Below, piece after piece: positions 56,530-64,000 of a stretch of 64,000 nucleotides of DNA. The stretch spans positions 13,650 through 77,649 of the forward strand of contig JACPHU010000009.1 in assembly GCA_016188495.1 (NCBI GenBank). The letters are read 5' to 3'. This stretch comes from Candidatus Uhrbacteria bacterium. GTDB lineage: Bacteria; Patescibacteriota; Patescibacteriia; UBA9934; GWF2-40-263. The first letter of the stretch is position 1. Each line of letters begins with the position of its first letter. The position numbers were made by a program, and so were the translations under genes. The notes beneath the pieces were generated by a model. It did no database searches. It saw nothing but the letters and a program-made list of their open reading frames with translations, and was not told the origin of the DNA.

Positions 56530-57512
56530 GCCATGGATTTTTTGCCGATTCTAAAGAATGGATAGCGGATGATTCTGGCGTGCGAGAACGGTATTTAGCT
56601 TTTTTTGAAAAGCAGTTAGGGCTTCTTCATGAGGGTCCGACACCTGAAACAGGATTCATCCAAAAGGGTATTTTAGAAAGAAAACAGGTTTGTGAGGACG
56701 TAAAATTAAAACAGACAAAACACGGATTGTTTGTGGTTGCCGATGGCGAGGATTGGTTGAGTTCGCGCGAAGCCGTCAGAACGATGTCCCAACATCTAGG
56801 GGAAATATTGGATCAGCAAGCAAAAAATGTGTGCGATCATTCCCACCCGGAAGAGACTCTTGACCGGCTTACCCGCTTTGTGGCGACAGTGTTGAAAACA
56901 AGCGTATTGATTGCGGACCATCGTATTCATGTTGCATGGTTGAATGCTGAGTCCGAAATTTCAGGAACAACGCTCTCTTGCGGAAGGCTTCTCTCTATTT
57001 CAGACACCACAGGCGATTCCCTTCATCGTTTCTTTTTTCTGAATTTAGGAAACAGTCGCATCTATCTCTGTAGAAAAAACAGGACCTTTCAGAAATTAAC
57101 CGTTGACGATACCAATCTTCAACAATGGGTTCATGAAGGCAAGCTGACTCCTGAAGAATTTTTTCAGATCGATCAAGCCCTAAGTCCAAAGCATCTCCCG
57201 CGAAAACTGTTTGCGTACGCAACCCATCTTAATCGTTTTCGTCTCACACGACGTCTTGGAAGAGGGGAGATTTCCGAAAACGCACCATTTGTTTCTTTTG
57301 TTGATCTGCAACCAGGCGAGCGCATCGTCATGACAACCAATGGAGTAAGCGATCAGCTTCTTGAGTCTGAAATACAAGCTCATCTTTTCCAACACAAAAA
57401 CGACCATGCGGCCGAACGTTCTTTGCAGCAAGCCGCCCTAGAGCGTTCTTTAGACGGTAGACATCCACGCGCGATTGCAGATGATCTATCGGCATTAGTA
57501 CACACGGTATAG
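56526..57512 (+). CDS. PP2C-family phosphatase-like protein (degenerate active site)
   Basis: CED, LFVVADG, GTTLS, NLGNSRIY, LTVD, MTTNGVSD, DDLSALV. Confidence 0.7.
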   Translation: MSHGFFADSKEWIADDSGVRERYLAFFEKQLGLLHEGPTPETGFIQKGILERKQVCEDVKLKQTKHGLFVVADGEDWLSSREAVRTMSQHLGEILDQQAKNVCDHSHPEETLDRLTRFVATVLKTSVLIADHRIHVAWLNAESEISGTTLSCGRLLSISDTTGDSLHRFFFLNLGNSRIYLCRKNRTFQKLTVDDTNLQQWVHEGKLTPEEFFQIDQALSPKHLPRKLFAYATHLNRFRLTRRLGRGEISENAPFVSFVDLQPGERIVMTTNGVSDQLLESEIQAHLFQHKNDHAAERSLQQAALERSLDGRHPRAIADDLSALVHTV

Positions 57513-57641
57513 AGATCTCTACAAAACTCGCGATCTTGCCCTTCACGGGCGCCCGTCGACCCCGTTCTCCCTACTCTGAGTAGGGTTCTCGGTGCTCGAC
57601 AGCCCGTTCAAGGCAATCTCATCGAGTTTTGTAGAGATCTC
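57512..57641. mobile_element. MITE-like palindromic element, copy 2
   Basis: 19-bp perfect TIR GAGATCTCTACAAAACTCG/CGAGTTTTGTAGAGATCTC; arms homologous to 34617-34816 but different core. Confidence 0.8.
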
Positions 57642-57699
57642 ATAAGAATCATCCATTAAAAACTTCAAAGGAAGAGATACTCCTGAATTTTTTTGGGTG

Positions 57700-57739
57700 T
57701 TGACAGGAAGAATTAGCACTCTATAATAGGGAGTGCTAA
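57700..57739 (+). promoter_or_regulatory. Heat-shock promoter with perfect CIRCE operator
   Basis: TTGACA (57700)-16-TATAAT (57722); TTAGCACTC-N9-GAGTGCTAA at 57713-57739. Confidence 0.95.
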
Positions 57740-57751
57740 TTTATGTATGGT

Positions 57752-57918
57752 GCTGTTTACCAATGAGATGAGATTGCAACGTTTGGGCTGGTAGTCGCTG
57801 AAAGCGTCTAAAAACGGACGTTGATCCTTCGATAAACTCAGGATCAGTCTGAGCTTCTCGAAGACTGAAGCGAGTCTCGGGTACTCAAACGTTGCAAGAT
57901 CGCTCATTGGGGAGCAGT
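57752..57918 (+). other. Long structured hrcA 5' leader containing nested REP-like palindromes
   Basis: TTGCAACGTTTG/CAAACGTTGCAA, CCAATGAG/CTCATTGG and GCTGTTT/GAGCAGT stems. Confidence 0.7.
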
Positions 57919-57925
57919 CCCTATT

Positions 57926-58630
57926 ATGCTGGAAACCAGAACAGAACTTATTTTAAAGCTGGTGATTGAGGATTATATTCGTACGGCACTGCCGGTAGGT
58001 TCGAGGTACCTGAATGAGCACTATGCCATCGGTGTTTCAGATGCGACTGTGCGAAACGAATTAGCCGTTTTAGAAAAAGAAGGATATCTGAGGGCTCCGC
58101 ATACTTCCGCAGGGAGGATTCCTACAGAAAAGGCTTACATCTATTATTTGCAGCATTTACGAAATAAGAAGTTTGTCTTGGAAGGATCACCTCTTAAAGG
58201 GTCTTCGTATAAGACCAAAGATACAGAAACGGCTTTAAAGACGATTGCCAAAGAGCTTGTGGAAATTTCTGGAGAAACAGCCATCGTGGCTCTGAACCCA
58301 CGTTGGAGTTATTACACGGGTGTTTCCAACTTGTTTCAAAAACCAGATTTTCGCGATCCAGACGTGATGCTCCATCTGTCAGCGCTTATCGATCAGTTTG
58401 ATGAGGTTATGCAGCAGCTCTACCGCAAGCTTCCGGAGGGTCCCCAAGTCTTTATCGGTTCTGGAAATCCGTTTGGAGAGGACATGGCCACTATTTTGGT
58501 GCGCTACCAGGTAGATGGACAAACCCAGGGACTTCTGGGACTGATCGGTCCGTTACGTATGGATTATTCACGAAACATTGCTCTGATTGAACGGGCAAAA
58601 GAAGTCATTGATCAATATCTTAACGAATAA
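57926..58630 (+). CDS. hrcA: Heat-inducible transcription repressor HrcA (short form)
   Basis: PVGS, VSDATVRNELAVLE, PHTSAGRIPT, GLIGPLRMDY; CIRCE upstream. Confidence 0.95.
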   Translation: MLETRTELILKLVIEDYIRTALPVGSRYLNEHYAIGVSDATVRNELAVLEKEGYLRAPHTSAGRIPTEKAYIYYLQHLRNKKFVLEGSPLKGSSYKTKDTETALKTIAKELVEISGETAIVALNPRWSYYTGVSNLFQKPDFRDPDVMLHLSALIDQFDEVMQQLYRKLPEGPQVFIGSGNPFGEDMATILVRYQVDGQTQGLLGLIGPLRMDYSRNIALIERAKEVIDQYLNE

Positions 58631-58634
58631 CTTT

Positions 58635-59150
58635 ATGTCTGATGAACAGGTGCAGAACTCGACTCCAGAGGAGTCAGAACAAAAAGAACCCATCCAAAAA
58701 GAATCATGCGAAAAATGCGAAGAGTATCTTACCGGTTGGAAACGAGCTCTTGCTGATTACGACAATCTGAAAAAAGATTTGGTTCGTGAACGCGTAGAGA
58801 TCCGTGCCCGTGCTCGTGAAGACTTGGGCCAGCAACTGATCGCGGTACTGGACAACTTTGACCAAGCGGCCAAATTTCAACCAGAGAATGTTCCTCAGGA
58901 AGTCCAGACATGGTTAACCGGTTTGATGTATGTCCGCGCACAATTACAGACGGTTTTACAGGAATTAGGACTCGAACCGTTTGGCGAGGCGGGGACACCA
59001 TTTAATGCCCATTTGCATGAAGCCGCAGCCCAGCGCAGCGAGCCGGAAAGACCAGATCAAGAAATTCTGGAGGTATCTCAACGCGGCTGGAAAATGGGAG
59101 AGAAAATTGTCCGCCCTGCAAAAGTTGTTATCAACAATTTACAAAATTAA
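58635..59150 (+). CDS. grpE: Nucleotide exchange factor GrpE
   Basis: KRALADYDN, VLDNF, FNAHLHEA, QRGWKMGEKIVRPAKV. Confidence 0.95.
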   Translation: MSDEQVQNSTPEESEQKEPIQKESCEKCEEYLTGWKRALADYDNLKKDLVRERVEIRARAREDLGQQLIAVLDNFDQAAKFQPENVPQEVQTWLTGLMYVRAQLQTVLQELGLEPFGEAGTPFNAHLHEAAAQRSEPERPDQEILEVSQRGWKMGEKIVRPAKVVINNLQN

Positions 59151-59181
59151 AAAAACTTCGCGATAAAACGAAAAGAAACAT

Positions 59182-61074
59182 ATGCCAAAAATTTTAGGAA
59201 TTGATCTTGGAACAACAAATTCTTGCGTGGCCATCATTGAAGGCGGTCAGCCAAAAGTGCTTGAAAATAAAGAAGGCGCGCGCACGACTCCTTCTATGGT
59301 AGCGGTAAACAAGGCTGGAGAACGCCTTGTTGGATTGCCTGCCAAACGTCAAGCGGTAACGAATCCAAAAAGCACCTTATTTTCTATCAAACGTTTGATC
59401 GGGCGACGTTTTGAAGATGCCGAAGTCACACGCGATCAGAAAGTAATGCCTTATGAAATTGTCCGACGCGGGGAAGGTGTGGCCATTAAAATGGGCGATA
59501 AAGAACACACCCCTGAAGAAATTTCTGCAATGATTCTTCAAAAATTGAAAGCGGATGCTGAAGAGAAACTTGGAGAAAAAATTGAAGAAGCCATTATTAC
59601 CGTTCCTGCGTATTTTAATGATGCCCAACGAGCTGCGACAAAAACGGCTGGCGAAATCGCTGGTCTCAAGGTTCGACGCATTATTAACGAACCGACGGCT
59701 GCTGCTTTGGCGTATGGATTTGATAAGAAAATCGGTCAACAAATCATGGTGTACGATCTCGGAGGCGGAACCTTTGATGTATCTGTGCTTGATGTCAGCG
59801 AGGATACGGTCGAAGTAAAATCAACCAACGGAGATACCCACTTGGGCGGAGACGACTTTGATCGCGTCATTATTGATTGGATTCTTGAAGAATTTAAAAA
59901 ACAAGAAGGAATCAATCTTGCCACTGACGCTCTTGCGCTCCAACGCGTAAAGGATGCCGCAGAACGCGCTAAAATCGAACTTTCTACGGCTGCACAAACA
60001 GAAGTCAACCAACCCTTTATTACCTCAGACGCCAACGGCCCAAAGCATTTGGTGTTGACTCTTACCCGAGCCAAACTTGAAGAGCTTTGTTACGACCTTG
60101 TTCAAAAAACGCTCAATCCGGTAAAAGCTGCGCTCAAGGATGCGGGACTGGATAAGAACGATATTCAAGAAATCGTGATGGTCGGAGGAATGACTCGTAT
60201 GCCATTGGTTCAGAAAACGGTTGAGGAATTTTTTGGAAAGAAACCAAACATTACGGTAAACCCAGATGAAGTGGTCGCGTTGGGAGCCGCTGTGCAGGCT
60301 GGTGTCCTTCAGGGCGAAGTCAAAGATGTGTTGTTATTGGATGTCACCCCGCTTTCCGTTGGAATTGAAACCTTAGGCGGCGTGATGACAAAGCTTATTG
60401 AACGCAATACCACGATTCCTGCAAGTAAATCCCAAATTTTCTCTACGGCCGCAGACAACCAGACAACAGTGGAGATTCATGTGCTTCAGGGTGAACGCGA
60501 AATGGCTGGGGGAAATAAAACACTCGGTCGCTTCATTCTTTCAGGTTTGCCTATGGCTCCTCGTGGCGTTCCTCAAGTAGAGGTGAAGTTTGATATTGAT
60601 GCCAACGGTATTTTGCATGTCACAGGAACCGATAAGGCTTCCGGAAAGAGCCAAACGATCACGATTCAAGGCTCTACAGGATTGTCCGATGCGGAAGTCG
60701 AACGCATGAAAAAGGAAGCTGAGGAACATGCGGACGAAGACAAAAAAGCCAAGGAGCGCGCAGAACATCAGAATCTGGCAGACACCATGATCTATACTTC
60801 AGAAAAAATGCTCAAAGACGCAGGAGATAAAATTACCGATGATGAGCGTAAAGAAGTGGAAGAAAAGATTGCCGCACTGAAAACCGTCAAAGATACAGAC
60901 GATCACGAGGCGATTAAAAAAGCCGCCGATGCCTTGAGCGAATCCGCTCAAAAAGTTGGGGCAAAAATGTATCAAGCCGACCAGGCCGCAGGTCAACCTC
61001 AGACAGGAGAGCCAACCAGCGAACCACAAAAAGATGAACCGATCGATGCAGAGTTTGAAGAGAAGAAGGAATAA
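59182..61074 (+). CDS. dnaK: Chaperone DnaK
   Basis: [32 protein letters not shown]. Confidence 0.99.
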   Translation: MPKILGIDLGTTNSCVAIIEGGQPKVLENKEGARTTPSMVAVNKAGERLVGLPAKRQAVTNPKSTLFSIKRLIGRRFEDAEVTRDQKVMPYEIVRRGEGVAIKMGDKEHTPEEISAMILQKLKADAEEKLGEKIEEAIITVPAYFNDAQRAATKTAGEIAGLKVRRIINEPTAAALAYGFDKKIGQQIMVYDLGGGTFDVSVLDVSEDTVEVKSTNGDTHLGGDDFDRVIIDWILEEFKKQEGINLATDALALQRVKDAAERAKIELSTAAQTEVNQPFITSDANGPKHLVLTLTRAKLEELCYDLVQKTLNPVKAALKDAGLDKNDIQEIVMVGGMTRMPLVQKTVEEFFGKKPNITVNPDEVVALGAAVQAGVLQGEVKDVLLLDVTPLSVGIETLGGVMTKLIERNTTIPASKSQIFSTAADNQTTVEIHVLQGEREMAGGNKTLGRFILSGLPMAPRGVPQVEVKFDIDANGILHVTGTDKASGKSQTITIQGSTGLSDAEVERMKKEAEEHADEDKKAKERAEHQNLADTMIYTSEKMLKDAGDKITDDERKEVEEKIAALKTVKDTDDHEAIKKAADALSESAQKVGAKMYQADQAAGQPQTGEPTSEPQKDEPIDAEFEEKKE

Positions 61075-61080
61075 AAAAGA

Positions 61081-61102
61081 AGGCGGGGTTTTAACCCCGC
61101 CT
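61081..61102 (+). terminator. Hairpin after dnaK
   Basis: AGGCGGGGTT-TT-AACCCCGCCT. Confidence 0.7.
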
Positions 61103-61162
61103 GTTGTGTAGAAGAGTCATATTTCTTTTGATTTAAGGGTTGTCATTTAAAACAAATATATC

Positions 61163-62083
61163 ATGATCCTCGTTACTTCTTATGAAAACCCAGACTTAGA
61201 TGGGACGGCGTGCGCGGTGGCGCTGGCTGAGCTTTTGATTCAAGAGGGTGAAGAGGCGTTGGCAGGAATTTTTGGGAACCTTCATCGGGAAGCTGAGCAT
61301 GTGATGCGTACGTTTAATCTGGAACGTCCATTGGATGCCGCGCTCTTTATTGATCAAGTAGATGAAATTATTTTGACGGACGCCAGCGATCTGCGAGGTC
61401 TCTCGCCTTTGATTGATCCTCAAAAAGTGACTACGGTGATTGATCATCGAAAAGACTATAATCCTGATGATTTTCCAAATGCTGATTTTCAGATTGAACT
61501 CGTGGGTTCTGCAGCCACTCTTGTGACAGAACAATTTATAGAACGTGGATTTATTCCTGGAAAAACCGCTGTTTATTTGCTTGCGGGAGCCATTGTCTCC
61601 AATACGGTGAATTTTCAAAACAAGGTTACGACCCAGCGCGATCGAGAGGCGTTCGACTGGTTGAAAAATCAAAGAGAACTTCCGGAAGACTTTGTTCAGC
61701 AATTGTTTGAAAGTAAATCAACATTTACTCCTGAAAATCTTTTTGTAGAAATAGAGCATGACGCCGCACGATTTGAGTTTGGAGACAAACACATTGGGAT
61801 TGCGCAGCTTGAAATGGTGAATGCACAAGCATTCATGAGTGATTTTCAAGATCAACTCATTGAGGTGTTGCGAGCCCTTCATCAAAAGAACAAGATCGAT
61901 TATGGTTTTTTATCTATTGTCGATATAGATCAAGGACGCACGATCTTTGTCTGTGAAGATGAATATTTGAAAAACTCTTTATCCCAAGCGACAGGCGTAG
62001 AATGGCAAGGGTACACGGCTTATACAAATGGTATGATGATGCGTAAAGAAATCGTACCGCTTCTGCGCGGCGTTATCTCTTAA
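61163..62083 (+). CDS. ppaC: Manganese-dependent inorganic pyrophosphatase (family II, DHH-like)
   Basis: NPDLDG, IDHR, VGSAATL, AIVSNT, MRKEIVP. Some canonical His residues are substituted. Confidence 0.75.
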   Translation: MILVTSYENPDLDGTACAVALAELLIQEGEEALAGIFGNLHREAEHVMRTFNLERPLDAALFIDQVDEIILTDASDLRGLSPLIDPQKVTTVIDHRKDYNPDDFPNADFQIELVGSAATLVTEQFIERGFIPGKTAVYLLAGAIVSNTVNFQNKVTTQRDREAFDWLKNQRELPEDFVQQLFESKSTFTPENLFVEIEHDAARFEFGDKHIGIAQLEMVNAQAFMSDFQDQLIEVLRALHQKNKIDYGFLSIVDIDQGRTIFVCEDEYLKNSLSQATGVEWQGYTAYTNGMMMRKEIVPLLRGVIS

Positions 62084-62088
62084 ACTGT

Positions 62089-63153
62089 ATGGCAAAAGAT
62101 TATTACAAAATTCTAGAAGTTGATAAAAGTGCTTCTCAAGAGGATATAAAAAAAGCTTTTCGTAAATTGGCTCATAAATACCATCCTGACAAAGAAGGAG
62201 GTGATGAAGAGAAATTCAAGGAAGCCAATGAGGCGTACCAGGTTTTAGGTGACCCAGAGAAGCGTAAAAAATACGATCAATTTGGTTCCTCGGCGTTTGA
62301 TGGTTCCGGCGGCTTTGGCGGAGGTGGTCAAGGTTTTGGTGGTTTTGATTTTTCTGGATTCCAAAGCGGAGGATTTGAAGATCTCGGCGATATTTTTGGC
62401 GACTTATTTGGTGGCGGACGCTCACGTGGACGTGAACGTCGAGGAAACGATATTCAAATCGATTTCGACCTTACGTTTAAGGAATCCATTTTTGGTGTTC
62501 AAAAAGAGATTGAATTAACCAAGACAAGTCCGTGTGAACGCTGTTCTGGAACCGGGGCAGAGCCAGGGGAGGGAATGCATACATGCGCGGATTGTCAGGG
62601 TTCCGGCGTTCAGGTGAGTATTCAAAGAACGATTTTAGGAAATATTCAAAGCAAGCACACCTGTGCGACTTGCCACGGAACCGGAGAGATTCCCAAAAAA
62701 ATGTGCACGAGTTGTCGCGGAGCTGGGGTAGAAAAAAAGAAACAGACGTTTTCCGTTACGATCCCTCCAGGGGTTGAAAACGGAGCCATGCTTAGGATTC
62801 GTGGTGAAGGCGAAGCCGTAAAGGGCGGCCAACCAGGAGATCTGTTTGTACGTTTGCATGTTCCCGAAGACAAGCAATTTAAACGGGAAGGCCATACGCT
62901 TTTTACAAGTGTGCCTATTGGTTTTACTCAAGCCGCTCTGGGAGACACGATTGAGGTGCAAACGGTTGATGGACCAGTGGATCTTAAAATTCCTGCCGGA
63001 ACACAATCAGACTCACAATTTCGTTTAAAAGGAAAAGGTGTTCCTTCGGGTCGTGGGCGTGGAGACCATATCGTCATTATTGAAGTTCAGACCCCGCAAA
63101 AACTCTCTCGAGAACAGAAAAAATTATTGGAAGAATTAGATTTACGTGCATGA
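62089..63153 (+). CDS. dnaJ: Chaperone DnaJ
   Basis: J-domain HPD, G/F-rich region, four CxxCxGxG repeats. Confidence 0.98.
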   Translation: MAKDYYKILEVDKSASQEDIKKAFRKLAHKYHPDKEGGDEEKFKEANEAYQVLGDPEKRKKYDQFGSSAFDGSGGFGGGGQGFGGFDFSGFQSGGFEDLGDIFGDLFGGGRSRGRERRGNDIQIDFDLTFKESIFGVQKEIELTKTSPCERCSGTGAEPGEGMHTCADCQGSGVQVSIQRTILGNIQSKHTCATCHGTGEIPKKMCTSCRGAGVEKKKQTFSVTIPPGVENGAMLRIRGEGEAVKGGQPGDLFVRLHVPEDKQFKREGHTLFTSVPIGFTQAALGDTIEVQTVDGPVDLKIPAGTQSDSQFRLKGKGVPSGRGRGDHIVIIEVQTPQKLSREQKKLLEELDLRA

Positions 63154-64000
63154 CCTCTTTTACGTTACAAACGCAACGTCAGTTTGCCCGAAGCGGCCAA
63201 CTTGAAACCAAACATGGGGTCATTCAAACCCCGTTTTTCATGCCCATTGCTACCAAAGGATCGGTAAAGAGCTTGTCTTCTGGTGACATGAGGGATCTGG
63301 GTGCGCAGATCATTCTTTCTAATACCTATCATTTGCTGTTACGACCTGGTTTAGAACAGATGACAGCCTTAGGCGGATTACATCGATTCATGGGGTGGGA
63401 AAGACCTCTCTTAACCGATAGTGGGGGATACCAGGTGTTTTCGCTTTCTAAAATGAACAAGACCACAGAAGAAGGCGTTACCTTCCAATCTCATATTGAT
63501 GGTGCTCGCATACATTTGACTCCAGAACTATCGATGCAGATGCAAGCTGCCATTGGATCAGATATTGTCATGCAGTTTGATGATGTCGCAGCCGGGAATT
63601 CCTCTCGAGAACGTTACGAGGAAGCCATGGAGCGATCCCTGCGATGGGCAGAACGTTCCAAAAAAGAGTTTGAAAAAATTCACGATTCTAACATTCCGCC
63701 GCTCCTGTTTGGTATCGTCCAAGGCGGAACGCATGAAGATTTACGAGAGAGATCCGCACAAGGTTTAATAAACATTGGATTTGATGGATATGCGATCGGC
63801 GGGTTATCCGTAGGAGAGGATCGTGCCGATGCCTATCGTATTGCCAAACGTGTGTGTGAAGTTTTGCCTCAAGACAAGCCTCGCTATTTCATGGGAGGAG
63901 GCATGCCAGAGGAGATCGTCGCTTACGTTCAGATGGGAGTTGATATGTTTGACTGCGTCCTGCCAACACGTAACGCCCGCCACGGTACGTTGTTTGCGTG
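63150..64000 (+). CDS. tgt: tRNA-guanine transglycosylase, runs off the window end
   Basis: ATGA overlap with dnaJ; TPFFMPIAT, SNTYHL, LTDSGGYQVFSL, FGIVQGG, GYAIGGLSVGE, DMFDCVLPTRNARHG. Confidence 0.96.
   Translation, partial: MTSFTLQTQRQFARSGQLETKHGVIQTPFFMPIATKGSVKSLSSGDMRDLGAQIILSNTYHLLLRPGLEQMTALGGLHRFMGWERPLLTDSGGYQVFSLSKMNKTTEEGVTFQSHIDGARIHLTPELSMQMQAAIGSDIVMQFDDVAAGNSSRERYEEAMERSLRWAERSKKEFEKIHDSNIPPLLFGIVQGGTHEDLRERSAQGLINIGFDGYAIGGLSVGEDRADAYRIAKRVCEVLPQDKPRYFMGGGMPEEIVAYVQMGVDMFDCVLPTRNARHGTLFA

Overview
Chromosomal window of a reduced-genome bacterium using genetic code 11. Gene content and protein style suggest Patescibacteria/CPR, possibly Uhrbacteria-like; this is an inference. 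The backbone carries der, an LCP protein, tRNA-Val, lepB, hisS, uvrB/uvrA/uvrC, a SWIM-SNF2 helicase, mraZ-rsmH-ftsL, cysS, a VirD4-like ATPase, dnaX, tRNA-Gln, tRNA-Glu, a Kef-like antiporter and CIRCE-hrcA-grpE-dnaK-ppaC-dnaJ-tgt. Many self-contained orphan genes with their own TTGACA promoter and SD lie between the core genes. Top finding: a ~10.8-kb island (43874-54652) made of two tandem elements integrated at the 3' end of tRNA-Glu. In each, the att core (TGGTGA) lies in frame inside the 3' end of the large serine recombinase gene, so integration and excision would swap the recombinase C-terminal tail. The larger element is satellite-like, with a primase-helicase, a candidate ori, a promoter-driven pseudoknotted RNA, a 25-aa hydrophobic peptide and an attenuator-like recombinase leader. 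Second theme: a modular, nested family of short palindromic insertion elements found at TAG stop codons, inside a tRNA 5' fragment, in an 80-nt-period array before tRNA-Gln, and in the hrcA leader. Also present are a DGR-target-like protein with no RT in the window and a glycosyltransferase/kinase/EamA cluster. All calls were made by eye, with no database searches.
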